This document shows positions 33,190 to 47,500 of a stretch of 64,000 bases of DNA, one piece after another; within the stretch, counting starts at the first letter, position 1; the number at the start of each line of letters is the position of its first letter. The notes under the pieces were generated by a model. The model was not told where the DNA came from, made no database searches, and saw only the letters and a program-made list of their open reading frames with translations. The DNA is from Malacoraja senta (taxonomy: Eukaryota): contig CM075978.1 of NCBI GenBank assembly GCA_038087875.1, forward strand, positions 180,234,001 through 180,298,000, given 5' to 3'. The position numbers were made by a program, and so were the translations under genes.

Positions 33190-35306
33190 ACGAAAGGGTT
33201 AATAGAGCAATGAATGACCAAGCTGCCAAAAAAAACAACCCGAGGTCCTGCAGTCAAAAATACAATCTCAGCAAGGGATTGGAATGAAACACTGATTACA
33301 ATTAAAAAAATAGATTTGTATTGTTGGAAAGATCCCTGTAAGAATGCATGAAACAGATTGATAAGCAGGAAAGTGTTTATCACTTAAACTACATTATTTT
33401 ATTGTAATGGAAACATACTGGCTCTGAGTGCCAAGGCACATCCTAATATGCAGTTCCAAAGGGCCGAATGCCTACTCCTGCACCTATTGTCTATTGTCAA
33501 TAAAGGTCAGAACACCTCAAAATCAGGATTTGTAGATTCAAATTATAAAACTGGCAAATATATTGTGCACGTGGTTCCAGGCTGATACAATTTGATTGGT
33601 GTTTGGTCTTTGTAAAATGACCTGCAATAATGATAAGAAAAAGCTTTTGTGGGGGGGGGGTGTGATTTAATCTCTCTTAACCTGTGTATACAGACTGGCA
33701 TTATATGCAAGATTCTGCTCTCTAAAAATTAAAATAAACCAGAAGTGACTTACAACTGACAAAGTAATTGATTGAAGCTGGAACTCTGACAAAAGTGTAA
33801 GAATCAAAATAATCAAAACAAACTGCAAATGATTAAAAAAAATTAACAAAAGGAGAAAGTGTTGGAAACATTCAAGGGATCAAGCATCATCTCCAGAAAG
33901 AGAAAATGAGTAAAGTTTCAGCTCAAAGACCCAAAGATCATTTGTCACAAGTGGGAAAGAGTGGATGAAAGGTTTGTTACAAGTTGCAGAGTAGATGGCA
34001 GGGATGATGGACAAGACAAATGGTATTTCTATCATGGCATGAGGCCGAGTTACGCGGTGATGAATCATCCAGTCAAATTGCTTAATTAAGGTATTTGGAT
34101 ACTTCTCTGCATGTTGCTAACCACGCAGTTGTGAGGCATGCCCAGCAGGTAAGGCAGCAGTTATGATGAGGGAGAATCTAAGCCACAATCACAGGTGGAT
34201 GATTTACAGAAGAAATTGCTACCTCTGACACAAACAAAGAAAGTGACTTGTGGAATTCATTACAGACACTGGAAGGTTAAAATGGGCCCTTTAGTTTAGT
34301 TTAGTTTATTGGCACGTGTACCGAGGTACAATTAAAGCATTTGTTGCGTGCTAACCAGTCAGTGGAAATGCAATACTTTATTACAATCAAGCCATCCACA
34401 GTTTACTGACGTATGATAAAGGGAATAACGTAAATAATGATTAGTGCAAGATGAAGTCCATAAAGGCCTTTCAAAAATAGTCAGAGAGTCTCTCTAATGA
34501 GGTAGAGAGTAGATCAGGACTGCTCTCCAGTTGTTGGTAGAATGGTTCAGTTGTCCACTAATGGTGGGAAGCAACTGTTTATCAGAACAGTCACGTTCAC
34601 AAAACTCACAGCCCCACAACGTTGACTGTTTTTCTTTCCACGAATGCTGCCTGAACTATTGAGTTTTCTGGTTTTGTTCCAGTGTGAAAGTTTAAGTATA
34701 TCATTAAATTAGATGTCACATAACTTGAATGAAGAGAAATGGCGCAGCTTATTATGACCACCTGTTTTGGGAGAGGCTGTATGTTGAGGTGAACTATTGT
34801 GTTGGAGGTTAACTTTTGAGACTTTGGTTTGCGAACTTAAGTGCTATGTTTGAGGGCAAGACGGAAAGCCACAAACAGTATAGCACGAAATAAGGCCCTT
34901 CAACTCAACACGTCCAGCACCTTTATAACGGTTCCTATTCATGTATTTTCCCCTCTCGCATACAGACTGGAACCAACCCAAGCTAAATTTCCGCATGCAA
35001 TGAACATGGCCAAGTGATATGCGAATGGCACTAGATAAATATTGAGCAGGGCACTTGGGTAACTCTGTTGCTCTTACTGGAAGTAATACAGTACTAACCT
35101 TTTGAAATCAATGCAAGGATACAATGGACCATCGTGTAACATATTACTCAAAACGTGACAGCTCAGGAAAGCACTGAGGTATCTGCCATGTATGAGTTCA
35201 GTTCTCTCGAGTGGGACTTAAGCCAACAACGCATTGCTTCATGGAGAAAAACACGCTTCGTTAGAATGGGCGGTGAGCAGCTCCTGCTCATCGGTTCAAA
35301 AGATAC

Positions 35307-35540
35307 GGGCGGATCAGCGGCACAGCGGCAGAGCTGCTGTTTACAGCGCCAAAGACCCGGGCTCAATTCTGACTACGTGTACTGTCTGTACGGAGTTTGT
35401 ACGTTCTCTGTGTGCCCGCGTGTGTTTCTTCGCATGATTGGGTTTCCTTCCACACTCCAAAGAGTACCTGGTGATCGCTGGTCTGCGCGGATTCAGTGCG
35501 CCGAAGTGGCTGTTTCCGCGCTGTGTATCTAAATTCTAAA
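35307..35540 (+). mobile_element. tRNA-derived SINE (HE1-like), degenerate
   Basis: Similar to 18641-18906; a further copy lies at ~44310-44620. Confidence 0.6.
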
Positions 35541-36299
35541 AGTCGAAAGTTGCTGATTCAGTAAACCGATCAGTGTGCCGAACTTTCGTGGGATCAACAA
35601 CAGAAGAGTTTTGATTTGAAAACATGTGTTAGTATTGTACATTAAGATATATCTGAAATTGGTTTCTCTCAAAATGTACAGAAATAAATCATTTAGCGCT
35701 GAGCGAACTAGATTCTCTGTGGTTCAGCTCCATTTGCTTAATGTCCCCTGAGATTCTGAACTAAAAACCGACCAACATCTCAGTCTTCCTAATTCCATTT
35801 GTTTGAGTATTCGCGGATTGCTTCGGTGTGAGAGATTTATATTCTCCAACCTTCTGGATGAAAAATTGCTTCCAGAATTTTATGTTGAATGGCCCGATCT
35901 TAATTCCGAAATGACGTCTCGCTCTGTGGATCCGTCATCGGAAAAATAATTGCGATTTCATAACCTCCTACCTCTGCTGGAGGAGTGGGCTCCTCCTGGT
36001 GGCTTCACAGAATATTGCAGACGTTTTTCATCTATCCCCAACATCATGAGTAAATTTCGCCAGCGACAGAGGATGTTGCAGAACTCTCGTCGGCGTTTCT
36101 TCCACCAAGGCCGCAAATCCAATATCCATATGTTAGAGGGGGCGTCCAGTTGGGTATGGCTGTCCAGCCTGCAGCTGTCTCTCTTTTCACTTCTTTCTTT
36201 TATTTTTAGTGTGTTAAAAAGTGTTTTGTTTGGCGGTCTATTCTTTTTTATGTGTGAGGGGGAGGGGGGTGGAGGGGGAAACTGCTCTTCCTGGTCCCT

Positions 36300-36980
36300 A
36301 CCTGGGTGGAGAGGCGGCTTTTCTCCGGGAAGCATCTTCGACCCGTCCTCGAGGCCTACCAACGGGTCTGGGGCGGCGTTTCCTGAGCGGACCGGCCTGA
36401 ACCTCGGCTTCGGCGGCGGCACAGCGCTGGAGCGCTATCGCGGATTGGAGCGGGCGATACCTTGCCGGGTCGCCGCGCTGGAGCGCCGGAATGCTGAGAC
36501 CGCAGGTGAACATCGCGGAGCTGCGGGTCTGTGGAGCGGCCAGCCGCGGGCGGCGGCGCTGAACTTTAACATCGGGAGCCTGGGATCTCTCGGCGAGATC
36601 ACCAGTGTTGGAGCTCCGTCCAGCGCGGCCTGTTGGCTTCGGAAGCCGCGGTCTCCAGTAAGGAAGCGGCCGTTCCAGGTGTCCCAAGCCGCTGAAAGGA
36701 TTCTCCCAACGCCGGAGCACCATCACCCGGCGAGAGGGCCTGAAACATCGGGCCACCGTAGCGCCGACTGCAGAGTCCTCAATAGGCCCGACTATGGGTG
36801 GACAAGGGGATGGGGACTGGACTTTGTGCCTTCCCTCACAGTGGAAACCATTGTGGGGGGATGTTTTTATGTTTATTGTTAAATTCTTTAATGTTGAGTC
36901 TTATCTTTATTTGTGTGCTGCATGGCAAGTCAAATTGGTGTATGTGATAATAAATGTCCTTTGTCCCTTGTCCTTTGTCC
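36300..36980 (+). mobile_element. GC-rich 3' end of an unclassified non-LTR retroelement
   Basis: CpG-rich block ending in GTGTATGTGATAATAAATG followed by a (TCCTTTG)n tail. Confidence 0.45.
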
Positions 36981-37699
36981 TAGTTGCTACCAACATTTCA
37001 GCACTTCCACATTCCTGAGGCGGATGATTGCATAGTTAACTCATCGTACTGCCCCTATCTGTATGTCATCTGCCAGGCTCAATTTGAACCCTTAGTATTG
37101 AATTCAAATAAATTGTTGGAGAATATTTAACAAAGTAGGCAAATGCTAGAAAAATGATATATCGCCCAAAATGTATTAGCCAGGTTATTTTCTTGCAGAT
37201 ATCACGTTTGAATGCAATTATGGTCAATATGTTAGATCGGATCTATTCTAAATATGCTGGGAAATAATAGATTGCATCCATTTGCATGTGTTCAATTGCC
37301 ACACTGTTTCTTCTCAAAATATATATAAATATAGGTGTGACATAAACTGGCATGGAATAAATAAGAATGCAGAAAAATAATTATGTATGGACTTGCGAAG
37401 AAAGGACAGTGCCTTGCAAATGAAGCAAATTCAATAGATGTAAACATTCATTTGATCTAATTTCATTCTATACTATAATTTATTATACTTTTTTCCTTCA
37501 CAATGACAATAGTTGAGCAAAACCACTTGACCTTCTTCTTCTTCTTGCGTATGGCGTGCACAGCCTAAAGTTGCAGGGCAACTTGGTCTATTTGATCTTA
37601 TTTGATTGTGCATGCCAGATTGATTGCATTCGTTGAAACAGGACGGACCACGTGAAGGTTGCAATCTCCCACCCCTACCACTTGACCAATTCATTAGGT

Positions 37700-38280
37700 T
37701 TATAAGAATATAAGAAAGGTGAACTAATAGAGAAGAAGCACATACATTGGGTAGTGGACATGGAACGGTGAAGCGGGGTGATGAGTCAAGTAACACGAGG
37801 GGGGGATAGAAAAGGTGAAAATGGGAGAGATATGCTGGGGGGACTCGTGCGAATGAGAAAGACACACAGGGCCAGTGGGTTGCATCAAAGTGGAAAGATC
37901 AGTGTTCACGCCACTGAGTTGCATGTTCTGTCTAAGCGATATGAACATTGACTTCTGTAACTTCAAGTAACCATTGCTTTCCCTCTCTCTCCATCCCTAC
38001 CCCTTCCCAGTTCTCCAACCAGTCTTATTGTCTCCGACTACATTTTATCTTTGTGTGCTTTGTTGTTACCTCATCTCAGCTAACAATGATCTATTCTACA
38101 TTGCCCTTGATCTCGGTTCCCTTTGCCCTGTTTTCACAACTTCACACTTCCTAATCTATCTATATCCCTCCCCCTGACGTCAGTCTGAAGAAGGGTCTCG
38201 ACCCAAAACGTCACCCATTCCTTCTCACCAGAGATGCTACCTGTCCCGCTGAGTTACTCCAGGATTCTGTGTCTATCTCT
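37700..38280 (+). mobile_element. Penelope-like fragment
   Basis: Inverted terminal arrangement and the CTGAAGAAGGGTCTCGACCC motif at ~38176. Confidence 0.6.
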
Positions 38281-38286
38281 GGTTTA

Positions 38287-40715
38287 TAGACAATAGGTGC
38301 AGGAGTAGGCCATTCGGCCTTTCGAGTCTGCACCGCCATTCAATGTGATCATGGCTGATCATCCACAATCAGTACCCCGTTCCTGCTTTCTCCCCATACC
38401 AATCACTCCGCTGTCTTTAAGAGCTCTATGTTGAAAGCATCCAGAGAACCGGCCTCCACCACCTTCTGAGGCAGCGAATTCCACAGACCCACAACTCTCT
38501 GTGTGAAAAAGTTTTTCTTCATCTCCGTTCTAAATGGCTTAACCCTTATTCTTGAACTGTGACCCCTGGTTCTGGACTCCCCCAACAGCGGGAACATGTT
38601 TCCTGCTTCTAGCGTGTCCAAATGCTGAATAATCATATATGTGTCAATAAGACCCACTCTCATCCTTTTAAATTCCAGAGTATACAAGCTCAGACGCTCC
38701 ATTCTATCAACATATGATAATCCCGCCATCCCGGGAGTTAACCTGGTGAACCTACGCTGCACTCCCTCAACAGCAAGAATGTCCTTCTTCAAATTTGGAG
38801 ACCAAAACTGCAATCAATACTCCAGGTGTGGTCTCACTAGGGCCCTGTACAACTGCAGAAGGACCTCTTTGTTCCTATACACTCCTCTTGTTATGAAGGC
38901 CATTCGCTTTCTTCACTGCCTGCTGTACCTGCATGCTTACTTTCAGTGAATGATGTACAAGGACCCCCAGATCCCATTGTACTTCCCCTTTTCCCAACTT
39001 GACACCATTGAGATAATAATCTGCCTTCCTGTTTTTGCCACCAAAGTGGATAACCTCACATTTATCCACATTAAACTGCATCTACCATGCATCTGCCCAC
39101 TCACCCAACCTGTCCAAGTCACCTTGCATCCTCATAGCATCCTCTTCATAGTTCACACTGCCACCCAGCTTTGTGTCATCTGCAAATTTGCTAATGTTAA
39201 TTTTAATCCCATCATCAAAATCATTAATGTATATTGTAAATAGCTGCGGTCCCAGCACCGAGCCTTGCAGTACCCCTACCAGTAGTCACTGCCTACCATT
39301 CTGTAATGGACCCGTTAATCCCTACTCTTTGTTTCCTGTCTGCCAACCAATTTTCTATCCATGTCAGCACTCTACCCCCAATACCATGTGCCCTAATTTT
39401 CCCCACTAATCTCCTATGTGGGACCTTATCAAATGCTTTCTGAAAGTCCAGGTACACTATATCCACTGGCTCTCCCTTGTCCATTTTCCCAGTTACATCC
39501 CCAAAACATTCCAGAAGATTAGTCTAGCATGATTTCCCCGTCATAAATCCATGGCCAAAGTTGACTGGAAATCTACTGTTAACCAAATGTGGTGCTATTT
39601 CATCTTTTATAATTGACTCCAGCATCTTCCCCACCACCGATGTCAGGCTAACTGGTCTATAATTCCATGTTTTCTCTCTCCCGCCTTTCTTAAAAAGTGG
39701 GATAACATTAGCTACCCTCCAATCCACAGGAACTGATCCTGAATCCCTAGAACATTGGAAAATAATCACCAATGTGTCCTTGATTTCCAGAGCCACCTCC
39801 TTAAGTACCCTGGGATGCAAACCATCAGGCCCTGGGGATTTATCTGTCTTCAGTCTACCCAACACCATTTCCTGCCTAATGTGCATTTCCTTCAGTTCCT
39901 CTGCCACCCTAGATCCTCTGGCCACTGGTACATCAGGGAGATTGTTTGTGTCCTCCTTAGTGAGGAAGGGTCCAAAGTACCTGTTCAAGTCCTCTGCAAT
40001 TTCCTTGTTCCCCATAATAAATTCACCTTTCTCAGTCTTCAATGGTCCAACTTTGGTCTTAACTTTTTTTTCCTCTTCACATACCTAAATAAGCTTTTAC
40101 TATCCTCCTTTATATTCTTGGCCAGCTTACCTACGTACCTCATCTTTTCTCCCCGTATTGCCTTTTTAGTTAACTTTTGTTGCTCTTTAAACGTTTCCCA
40201 ATCCTCTGTTTCCTGCTCATCTTTGCTATGTTATATTTATTCTCTTTTATTTTTATACTGTCCCTGACTTCCATTGTCAGCCACGGTCGCCCCTTACTCC
40301 CCTTGGAATCTTTCTTCCTCTTTGGAATGAACTGATCCTGCACCTTCTGTATTATTCCCAGAAATACCTGCCATTGTTGTTCCACTGCCATCCCTGCTAG
40401 GGTATCTTTCCAGTCAACTTTGGCCAGCTCCTCCCTCATGGCTTCATAGTCCCCTTTGTTCAACTGTAATACTGACATCTCCGATTTATCCTTCTCCCTC
40501 TCAAATTGTAGATTAAAACTTATCATATTATGGTCACTACCTCCTAATGGCTCCTTTACCTCGAGTTCCCTTATCAAATACGGTTCATTACACAACACTA
40601 AATCCAGAATTGCCTTCTCCATGGTAGGCTCCAGTACAAGCTGCTCTAAGAATCCATCTCGGAGGCACTCCACAAACTCCCTTTCTTGGGGTCCAGTACC
40701 AGCAGCTGCAGCTCC
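38287..40715 (-). mobile_element. CR1-type LINE, ~2.4 kb ORF2 fragment (EN-RT-3' end), disrupted
   Basis: AILDLVLCNEP...NYRPVSLTSVVGKMLESII...VYLDFQKAFDKVPH...QFWSPNLKKDI. Confidence 0.9.
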
Positions 40716-40759
40716 TTCAAACACATTGTATCGTATCGTATTACCTGAAATTTGAAAAT

Positions 40760-41040
40760 ATAATGTTCATACCATTAGTTTGTAAGCTACTCAAGCGGAA
40801 TGTAAAGTGCTGTTCTTCCAGTTTGTGTGTTGGTCTCACTCTGGCAGTGGAGGAGGCCATGTACGGAAAGGTCGGTATGGGAATGAAAAGGTAAGTCAAA
40901 TCGGTTAGCTACCCAGAGCTCCAGCTGGCCTTCGCGAACAGGACAAGGTTCATGATCTAATACATCGTCTGTCCATTCCTTCCACAGATGCTGCCTGACC
41001 CGCTGAGTTCCTCCAGCATTCTGTTCTTTGCTGAAGGAAC
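40760..41040 (-). mobile_element. Penelope-like fragment
   Basis: VANRFDLPFHSHTDLSVHGLLHCQSET on the minus strand. Confidence 0.65.
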
Positions 41041-41527
41041 ACAGCAGATCAGAGGTATCCATTTGCTCTATAGGTGCTGGATAGCTTGCTGGGTCCGTCG
41101 AGCAGCTTGCATTTTGTACAAAAATAATTTACGCGGAAAGAGAAAACTAGTAAAATACACGGAAGAACGGAATTTTGTTTGTGTAAAAAAAAGTACTGGA
41201 GTAATACAACGGTAATATGGACCTTTCGGTCCCTTCATTCAGTCGCAACACCTGCAGTTCCTCGTGTCTCCATTTTGTTTGTGTAATTCAATTAGTGACA
41301 GTGTCTGCTTTCGGGACTCTTTATTGCGTTGCTAAAGTGCTCCCGGGAAGTCAAGGAGAAAATTCTACATCAAGCATAAATGTTTCACCTGGGGGATGAG
41401 ATGGGATGCCTTAAAATAAAACTAAATATGAAACCCACTGCACTGTCACATGATATCCGGCGTCATGAAATCAGAATCTTTGAAGAGACTTCCTCATTTG
41501 CAGCAAGCGACCACCTCATTTTGCAAA

Positions 41528-44500
41528 ATGTCGTTTGGAGCATCAGTTCGATACATGATTCTTCTGGCTACAGTTTGGCATGGTACTTTTAGATACATGT
41601 GGGGTTTCCGAATCTCATGTCATGTTTTATAATATTCTATTTTTAAAAAGACACAAAGTTCTGGAGTTACTCCGTGGGTCAGGCAGCATCTAAGGAGAAC
41701 GTGGATAGGTGACGTTTCGGGTCGAAACTACTTCAGAATCTAAAGAAGACTCTTGGCCGCTGAGTTACTCCAGCACTCTGTGTCTTTTTTTGTAAACCAG
41801 TCGGTGCAGTTCCTTGTATCTCCTTAGAATATTCTATGTTGGTTACCAAGCACGAAGTTAGTTACAGTGCTTCTTAATACGTTTATGGCCGATTCTAGTT
41901 TATTTTGAATTTTTCAACTCTTTGTTCATTTTGCTTGTCCGGATGGTCAACTGTTTTCCGTATTCTTGCTTAATTTCTGGCAGCCTTCGAAGTAACTTCA
42001 ACCAAAGTGGACCAATTCCCGAAAGACCTGACCGTCCACAGAGGAGACAATGTTTCCATGTTCTGCACATTCTCAATACAACAAGTTACTCCTGATGTTT
42101 ACTGGTGGAGATGGGGCGAGAAGACATTTATAGAACCAGACAGCAGAAAACAAATTTCTACCAAAAAGGGCAGTGCGGATTTCGTTCTCCTGAATGCGAA
42201 TGTCGCGGACTCCGGGGTTTATTATTGTAAAGTGAAACATCAGCAGCAATCTATCGGAGATGGACCTGGCTCAAGGCTCACTGTGTTCGGTAAGTGCCCT
42301 GTAAGGGAGAACTTTTAATCTTCCCGGGGAACAAGTAAAGCTCGCTGATATTAATAACATGACATTTTATAACTCGGCAAAAACTCGATAAGATTTATAT
42401 TATAAAAGCAAACCGTTCCAAATCTGATATATTTAAATAATCCGTAAGTGGGTCAGCATCTGTGTAGAGACAAAATGTCATTTTCCTCATTTCGTACTTC
42501 TCCAGAGAATTTCCCATTGTTCTCCTGTAGATTCGCGCTGTCCACTTTCGCGTTATTGCCCACGATCCAGATTCACCCTTTATTACCCCCCATGGTGTGC
42601 TTGAATGTATTAAATCAAATGACTTAGATTAAACTTTTTTTCGAATTGTTTTTCATGCAAAATTGAAAATGTTGAAGCCACGTGGATGTTTTAATCTTAA
42701 TTGTGATAGGAATGTCCCATTTCTGCTCCCGAAGACAACGGAATAACACCTCCATCCTGGATAGGTTGTTTAAAACAATATTCAAACGCCACCACTCTAC
42801 GCCAATAGTGGGTACAATCTCACAAGAATAGTGTTTACAGTCCATATTGATTCACACATAATTTTCGCTTTTTACGCGCCACCTTACAAATTATCTCCGA
42901 AATCTGTAACTTTATTCACTTAAAGTCTGGAAACAAGAAAATAAATTGATCTCTCGAAATTGGGATGTTAGAATATTCATTTGGGTTAGGTATCGTGGGG
43001 TATGTGACAACAGGGTTTGTGACACAGAGACCTGACGCACAAACCACCCACGATTGAATTGAACAACGGAGCGGCCTCGGCCTTAAATATTCTACTCTTT
43101 TATTCGTCTGCTGTAAACGAAGCTGAACCCCGTATCAAACCACCATGGTTATTATACAGATGAATCCTATAAACCGTTGAGAGGTTTGATTTGCTGGATT
43201 CTTACTCCAGGGACAGAATATCACCGTCTCACTCCGAGGATTCTCATTTAAACACTTAACCTTTGTAAAATACGTGTAAGATTTAACGGCATTTGGGGCA
43301 AACGCCAGGGCACCTGTCCTTACAATTATATTTAATACATGACTCAACCCTCAATCTCTCCACGTTTCCTCCCAATTATTCATTCTACCTAAATAGATCT
43401 GTGTTCGTGCCACAGATTAATTCTACGGGCCCTTTTTTACTCGTGGACATTTTTCATCATGCTAGAAAAACGCCCCGACCTACTTGATGGCACGACCTTC
43501 TATGGCCTCCATACGACCTCCTACGACATGTCTACGACTTACCTACGACCTCGTGCCGGCCATGCTGCGAGTATGAGTCAAGGGCAAACTCGGCAGAGGT
43601 CGTGAATTAGGTCGTGAAAGTGGGACAGGGGCACTCGCCGAGGCTGAGAATAAGCATGGAGGTCTCCTCCGAGTTCAATAAAGAAACTGATTCAACAACC
43701 TGTTACTAAAGAAACGGAATGTAAAAAGATTTAAAACTAAGATGATAAACTCGTAAAGTTGTCATCAACTCGCAGAGAGATTTAACAATAGGCCTCCTAC
43801 TAGCTAGATTGTAGATCCGATTGTAGATTGCGTTCGCAATTGACCCACTCTGAGCTGATATAAGTGAAATCTTATTCAGACCAAACGTCTTCAGCAAACC
43901 GAGTACATTTGGAAAATGGCAAAATTGTAGAAGAGACGTAGTCTAAGTTTGGATTTCCCATTCGCGTATTGTACTTATTGAAGAAGCGTCTAATATTTGC
44001 ACGGCGATACTAATTATCAGTAGATAGACACAAAAAGCTGGAGTAACTCAGTGGGACAGGCAGCATCTCTGGAGAATGAATGGGTGACGTTTCGGGTCGA
44101 GACCCTTCTTCAGACATCTGCAGTTCCTTCTTAATAATTATTAGTGTAACTATCATGCCTTCAAATTGCGCAGTTAGCGTTGTGGAGAAACGTCCCGGGC
44201 CAAAAGCTGTATCACTTGAGCCCTCCATCCCAGGTACTAAACAATTGTGTGGACCAAGCTCTCTTCTATGCAACTACGGCCTGCCTCGTGATAATTGATA
44301 TTGGTGATATCTGGATATATACCGCGCTACATTGGTTAGCGCTGCCCACAACTTCAGCGACCCAAGTTCGACCCAGATCATGCGTGCGTCCATATAATAG
44401 TTCTCCCCTTCAACGCGTAGACGTTCCTCCGGTGCTCCGGTTTATTCCGCGTGCCACTGATCTGCAGGTTGGTAGGAAAACTAGCCTCTGTAAATTGTCC

Positions 44501-47500
44501 CGGTTGATTGATCGTGGTGAGGAGTGAAGAGGAAAGTTGACAGGAGACGAAAATGGAATAAGTGGAGATGTAGGTTTAATGACGCAGTGGGTCATTTCGA
44601 CTGCTCTGTGCTGTGCTGTGTGTCTCTGTGATATTCCACTCTTCACGTATGCACCAAAATCTCGTAAAAACAGTCATTTTTGATCTGAACAGAAAAAGCT
44701 GTTACCAGCGATGATACACCCCCCCCCCCCCCCCCCCCCCCACCACGCTACTCATTTGGCACTTCAGAACATTGGAGATTATTCAGAACCCTGCATAGTA
44801 CCTACATCCAAATCTCGGATTCCTTATGTATTGCTTGGATATATTTCACTGTCCACAATAAGGTGAAATCTAAAACAATAACAAATCAGTGAATGTAAAA
44901 GCGATTGTACCGATAACCGATCTGATGGTGGGAGTGCAAGGTCGCGGTGTGACGAGGCAAACCAGAATGTTATCGTTGACATGGAAAGAAAATATTCAAC
45001 ATATTTTTTCTTCTGTTACAGCTCCGCCCACTCCCCTGAGCATTAGCCAAGTTAATGGCAGTTCGCCGCCAAAACTTGTGTGTCAAACGGCTGCCTTTTT
45101 TCCGAAGGAAGTCAAAATATCCTGGCAAAGAAATGGTGTAACAATTTTCACCGGGGAAAAACCTGTGAATACCAGTAGCGTGGAGGGGTTGTATGTGGCT
45201 TCCAGTTTTCTCGAAGTAACGAAGCCTACCTGGCGCGTTGATATTTACACATGCCTAGTGTCACATGTCTCCCTTGCGGTCCCGGCCAGAGTCGACTATA
45301 TCGTCAAGCCAGGTAAGACTGGCAAACAGAGCTGGGAACAGAGGGAGACCTCCGATCCGATTTAGAAATATTGTTGGATACAGCTCAAACTCGACGAGAA
45401 GGGCTGAATGTGAACCGTGTTTATTCACCGCGGGAGTTCGGGCAAACTGACGCATCTTATGCTATAATCTGTTTTCTAAATTATATCTGCATCTTCAATA
45501 TTTATAGTGTCTGTGACGTGGCTAAACCTTCAAGGCATTTGACAGAGGTGTTAGCAACCAAAAAATCATCATAAGGACACAATCAGTGAGATGGGGATAG
45601 AGGTACACGTTCTTTATAAATAGTCGGGAATTTACGTTGTAGTGTTGAGATATTTCACTATTTTGAGGGTATGAGAGAAGGTCTAGCTCAACTTGACTGG
45701 AGCAGGTTATTTGAGGGGAAAGAAACATCGGCCGTGGGATGTTTTTAAAAATGTACTGAAGAGAGCTCAGGATGTGTGCGTCCCCGTTAGAGTGAAAGGC
45801 AAAGCAGGCAAACGTAAGGAAGCTTGGCTGACGAGGGAAATTGTGACGTTAGTCAAAAACAAGAAGGATGCGTGGGACAGGTATCGGCAGTTGGGACAAG
45901 TGCATCCCTGGAGGAGTTTCGGGAACTAAGGAGCAAACTAAAAAAGGAGATCAGACGGGCAAAAATGGGCGAGGAGATAGCTCTGGCGAGTACCATAAAA
46001 GGCAATCCGAAAAGATTTTATAAATACATAAGCGGGGAAAGGATAATTAGAGAGAGAGTGGGACCTCTCAGGAATAAAAGCGGTCACCTCTGTGTGGAGC
46101 CACAGGAGATGGGTAAGGTTCTCAAAGAGTATTTCTCCTCTGGATTTACCAATGAGAAAACAGTAGGATGGAGGAAATTGGAGAAGTTACTGGAAGTGTC
46201 ATGAGAGCATCGAGGAAGTACTGTCGATGAAGTACTGAAGGTACTGTCGTGTTTGAAGATAGACAAATCTCTGGGGCCTAATCAGACATATCAGAGGACA
46301 TTGCGGTAAACAAAAGAGGAAATTGCGGAGGCCCTGGATGAAATGTATAAGTCGTCCTTAAATACAAGAGAGGTGCCAGAGGATTGGTGGGTGGCAAATG
46401 TTGTGCCTCTTTTCAAGAAGGACTGCAGGGAAAATGCTGGGAACTATAGGCTGGTGAGCTTAATATTTGTAGTTGGTAAGTTACTGGAGAGTATTCTGAG
46501 GGATAGGTCATACAGGCATTTGGATGGGCATGGGCTGATTAGGGACAGTCAGCATGGTTTTGTACGTGGAACGTCGTGTCTCACAAATTGGATTGATTTT
46601 TTTGAAGACGTGAGCAAAAAGGTTGATGAGGGCAGAGCTGTAGATGTTGTGTACATGGATTTTAATAAGGCGTTCGACAAGATGCTGCATGGTTGGCTGT
46701 TTTGGAAGGTTAGATCTCATAGGATCCAAGGAGAGATAGCTGAATGGGTAGCAAATTAGCTCCATGGAAGGAAACAGAGGGTGATAGTGGAAGATTGCTT
46801 CTCAGAATGGAGGCCTGCGACTGGTGGTGTGCCCCAGGGTTCGGTGCTGGGCCCGTTACTGTTTGTTATCTACATCAATGATTTGGATGAGAATATACAG
46901 GGCAAGATTAGCAAGTTTGCTGATGCTACAAAAATTAGTGGTTTTGCAGATAGTGAAGAAGGTTGTGAATGATTGCAGCAGGATCTGGATTGCTTGGCCA
47001 GGTGGGCAGAGGAATGGTTGATGGAATTTAATACAAAGTGTGAGGTGTTGCAATTTGGGAAGTCGAACAAGGGCAGGACCTAAGCAGTAAATGGTAGGCC
47101 TCTGAGTAGTTTTGTAAAGCAAAGATATCTAGGAGTACAAGTGCATGGTTCCTTGAAGTTCAAATCGCAGGTAGATAAGGTGGTCAAAAAGGCTTTTGGC
47201 ACTTTGGCCATCAGTCAGAGTATTGAGTATAGAAGTTGAGAGGTCATGTTGCAGTTGTATAAGACGTTGGTGAGACCACATTTAGAATATTGTGTTCAAT
47301 TCTGGGCACCATGTTATAGGAAAGATATTGTCAAACTTGAAATGGTTCAGAAAAGATTTACAAGGATGTTGCCAGGTCTAGAGGGTGCGAGCTATGGGGA
47401 GACGTTAAGTAGGCTGGGTCTCTATTCCATGGAGCGTAGGAGGATGAGGGGAGATCTTATAGAGGTAGACAAAATTATGAGAGGAATAGATCGGGTAGAT

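Noticed and set aside
35150-35300. NVTAQESTEVSAMYEFS...IASWRK, faintly like the start of an IgV domain
   Set aside because: No B-strand Cys, no splice acceptor and no DxGxYxC downstream; cannot be distinguished from chance.
35950-36882. 310-aa ORF
   Set aside because: GC-rich repeat-derived sequence ending in a retroelement-type tail; no recognisable protein motif.
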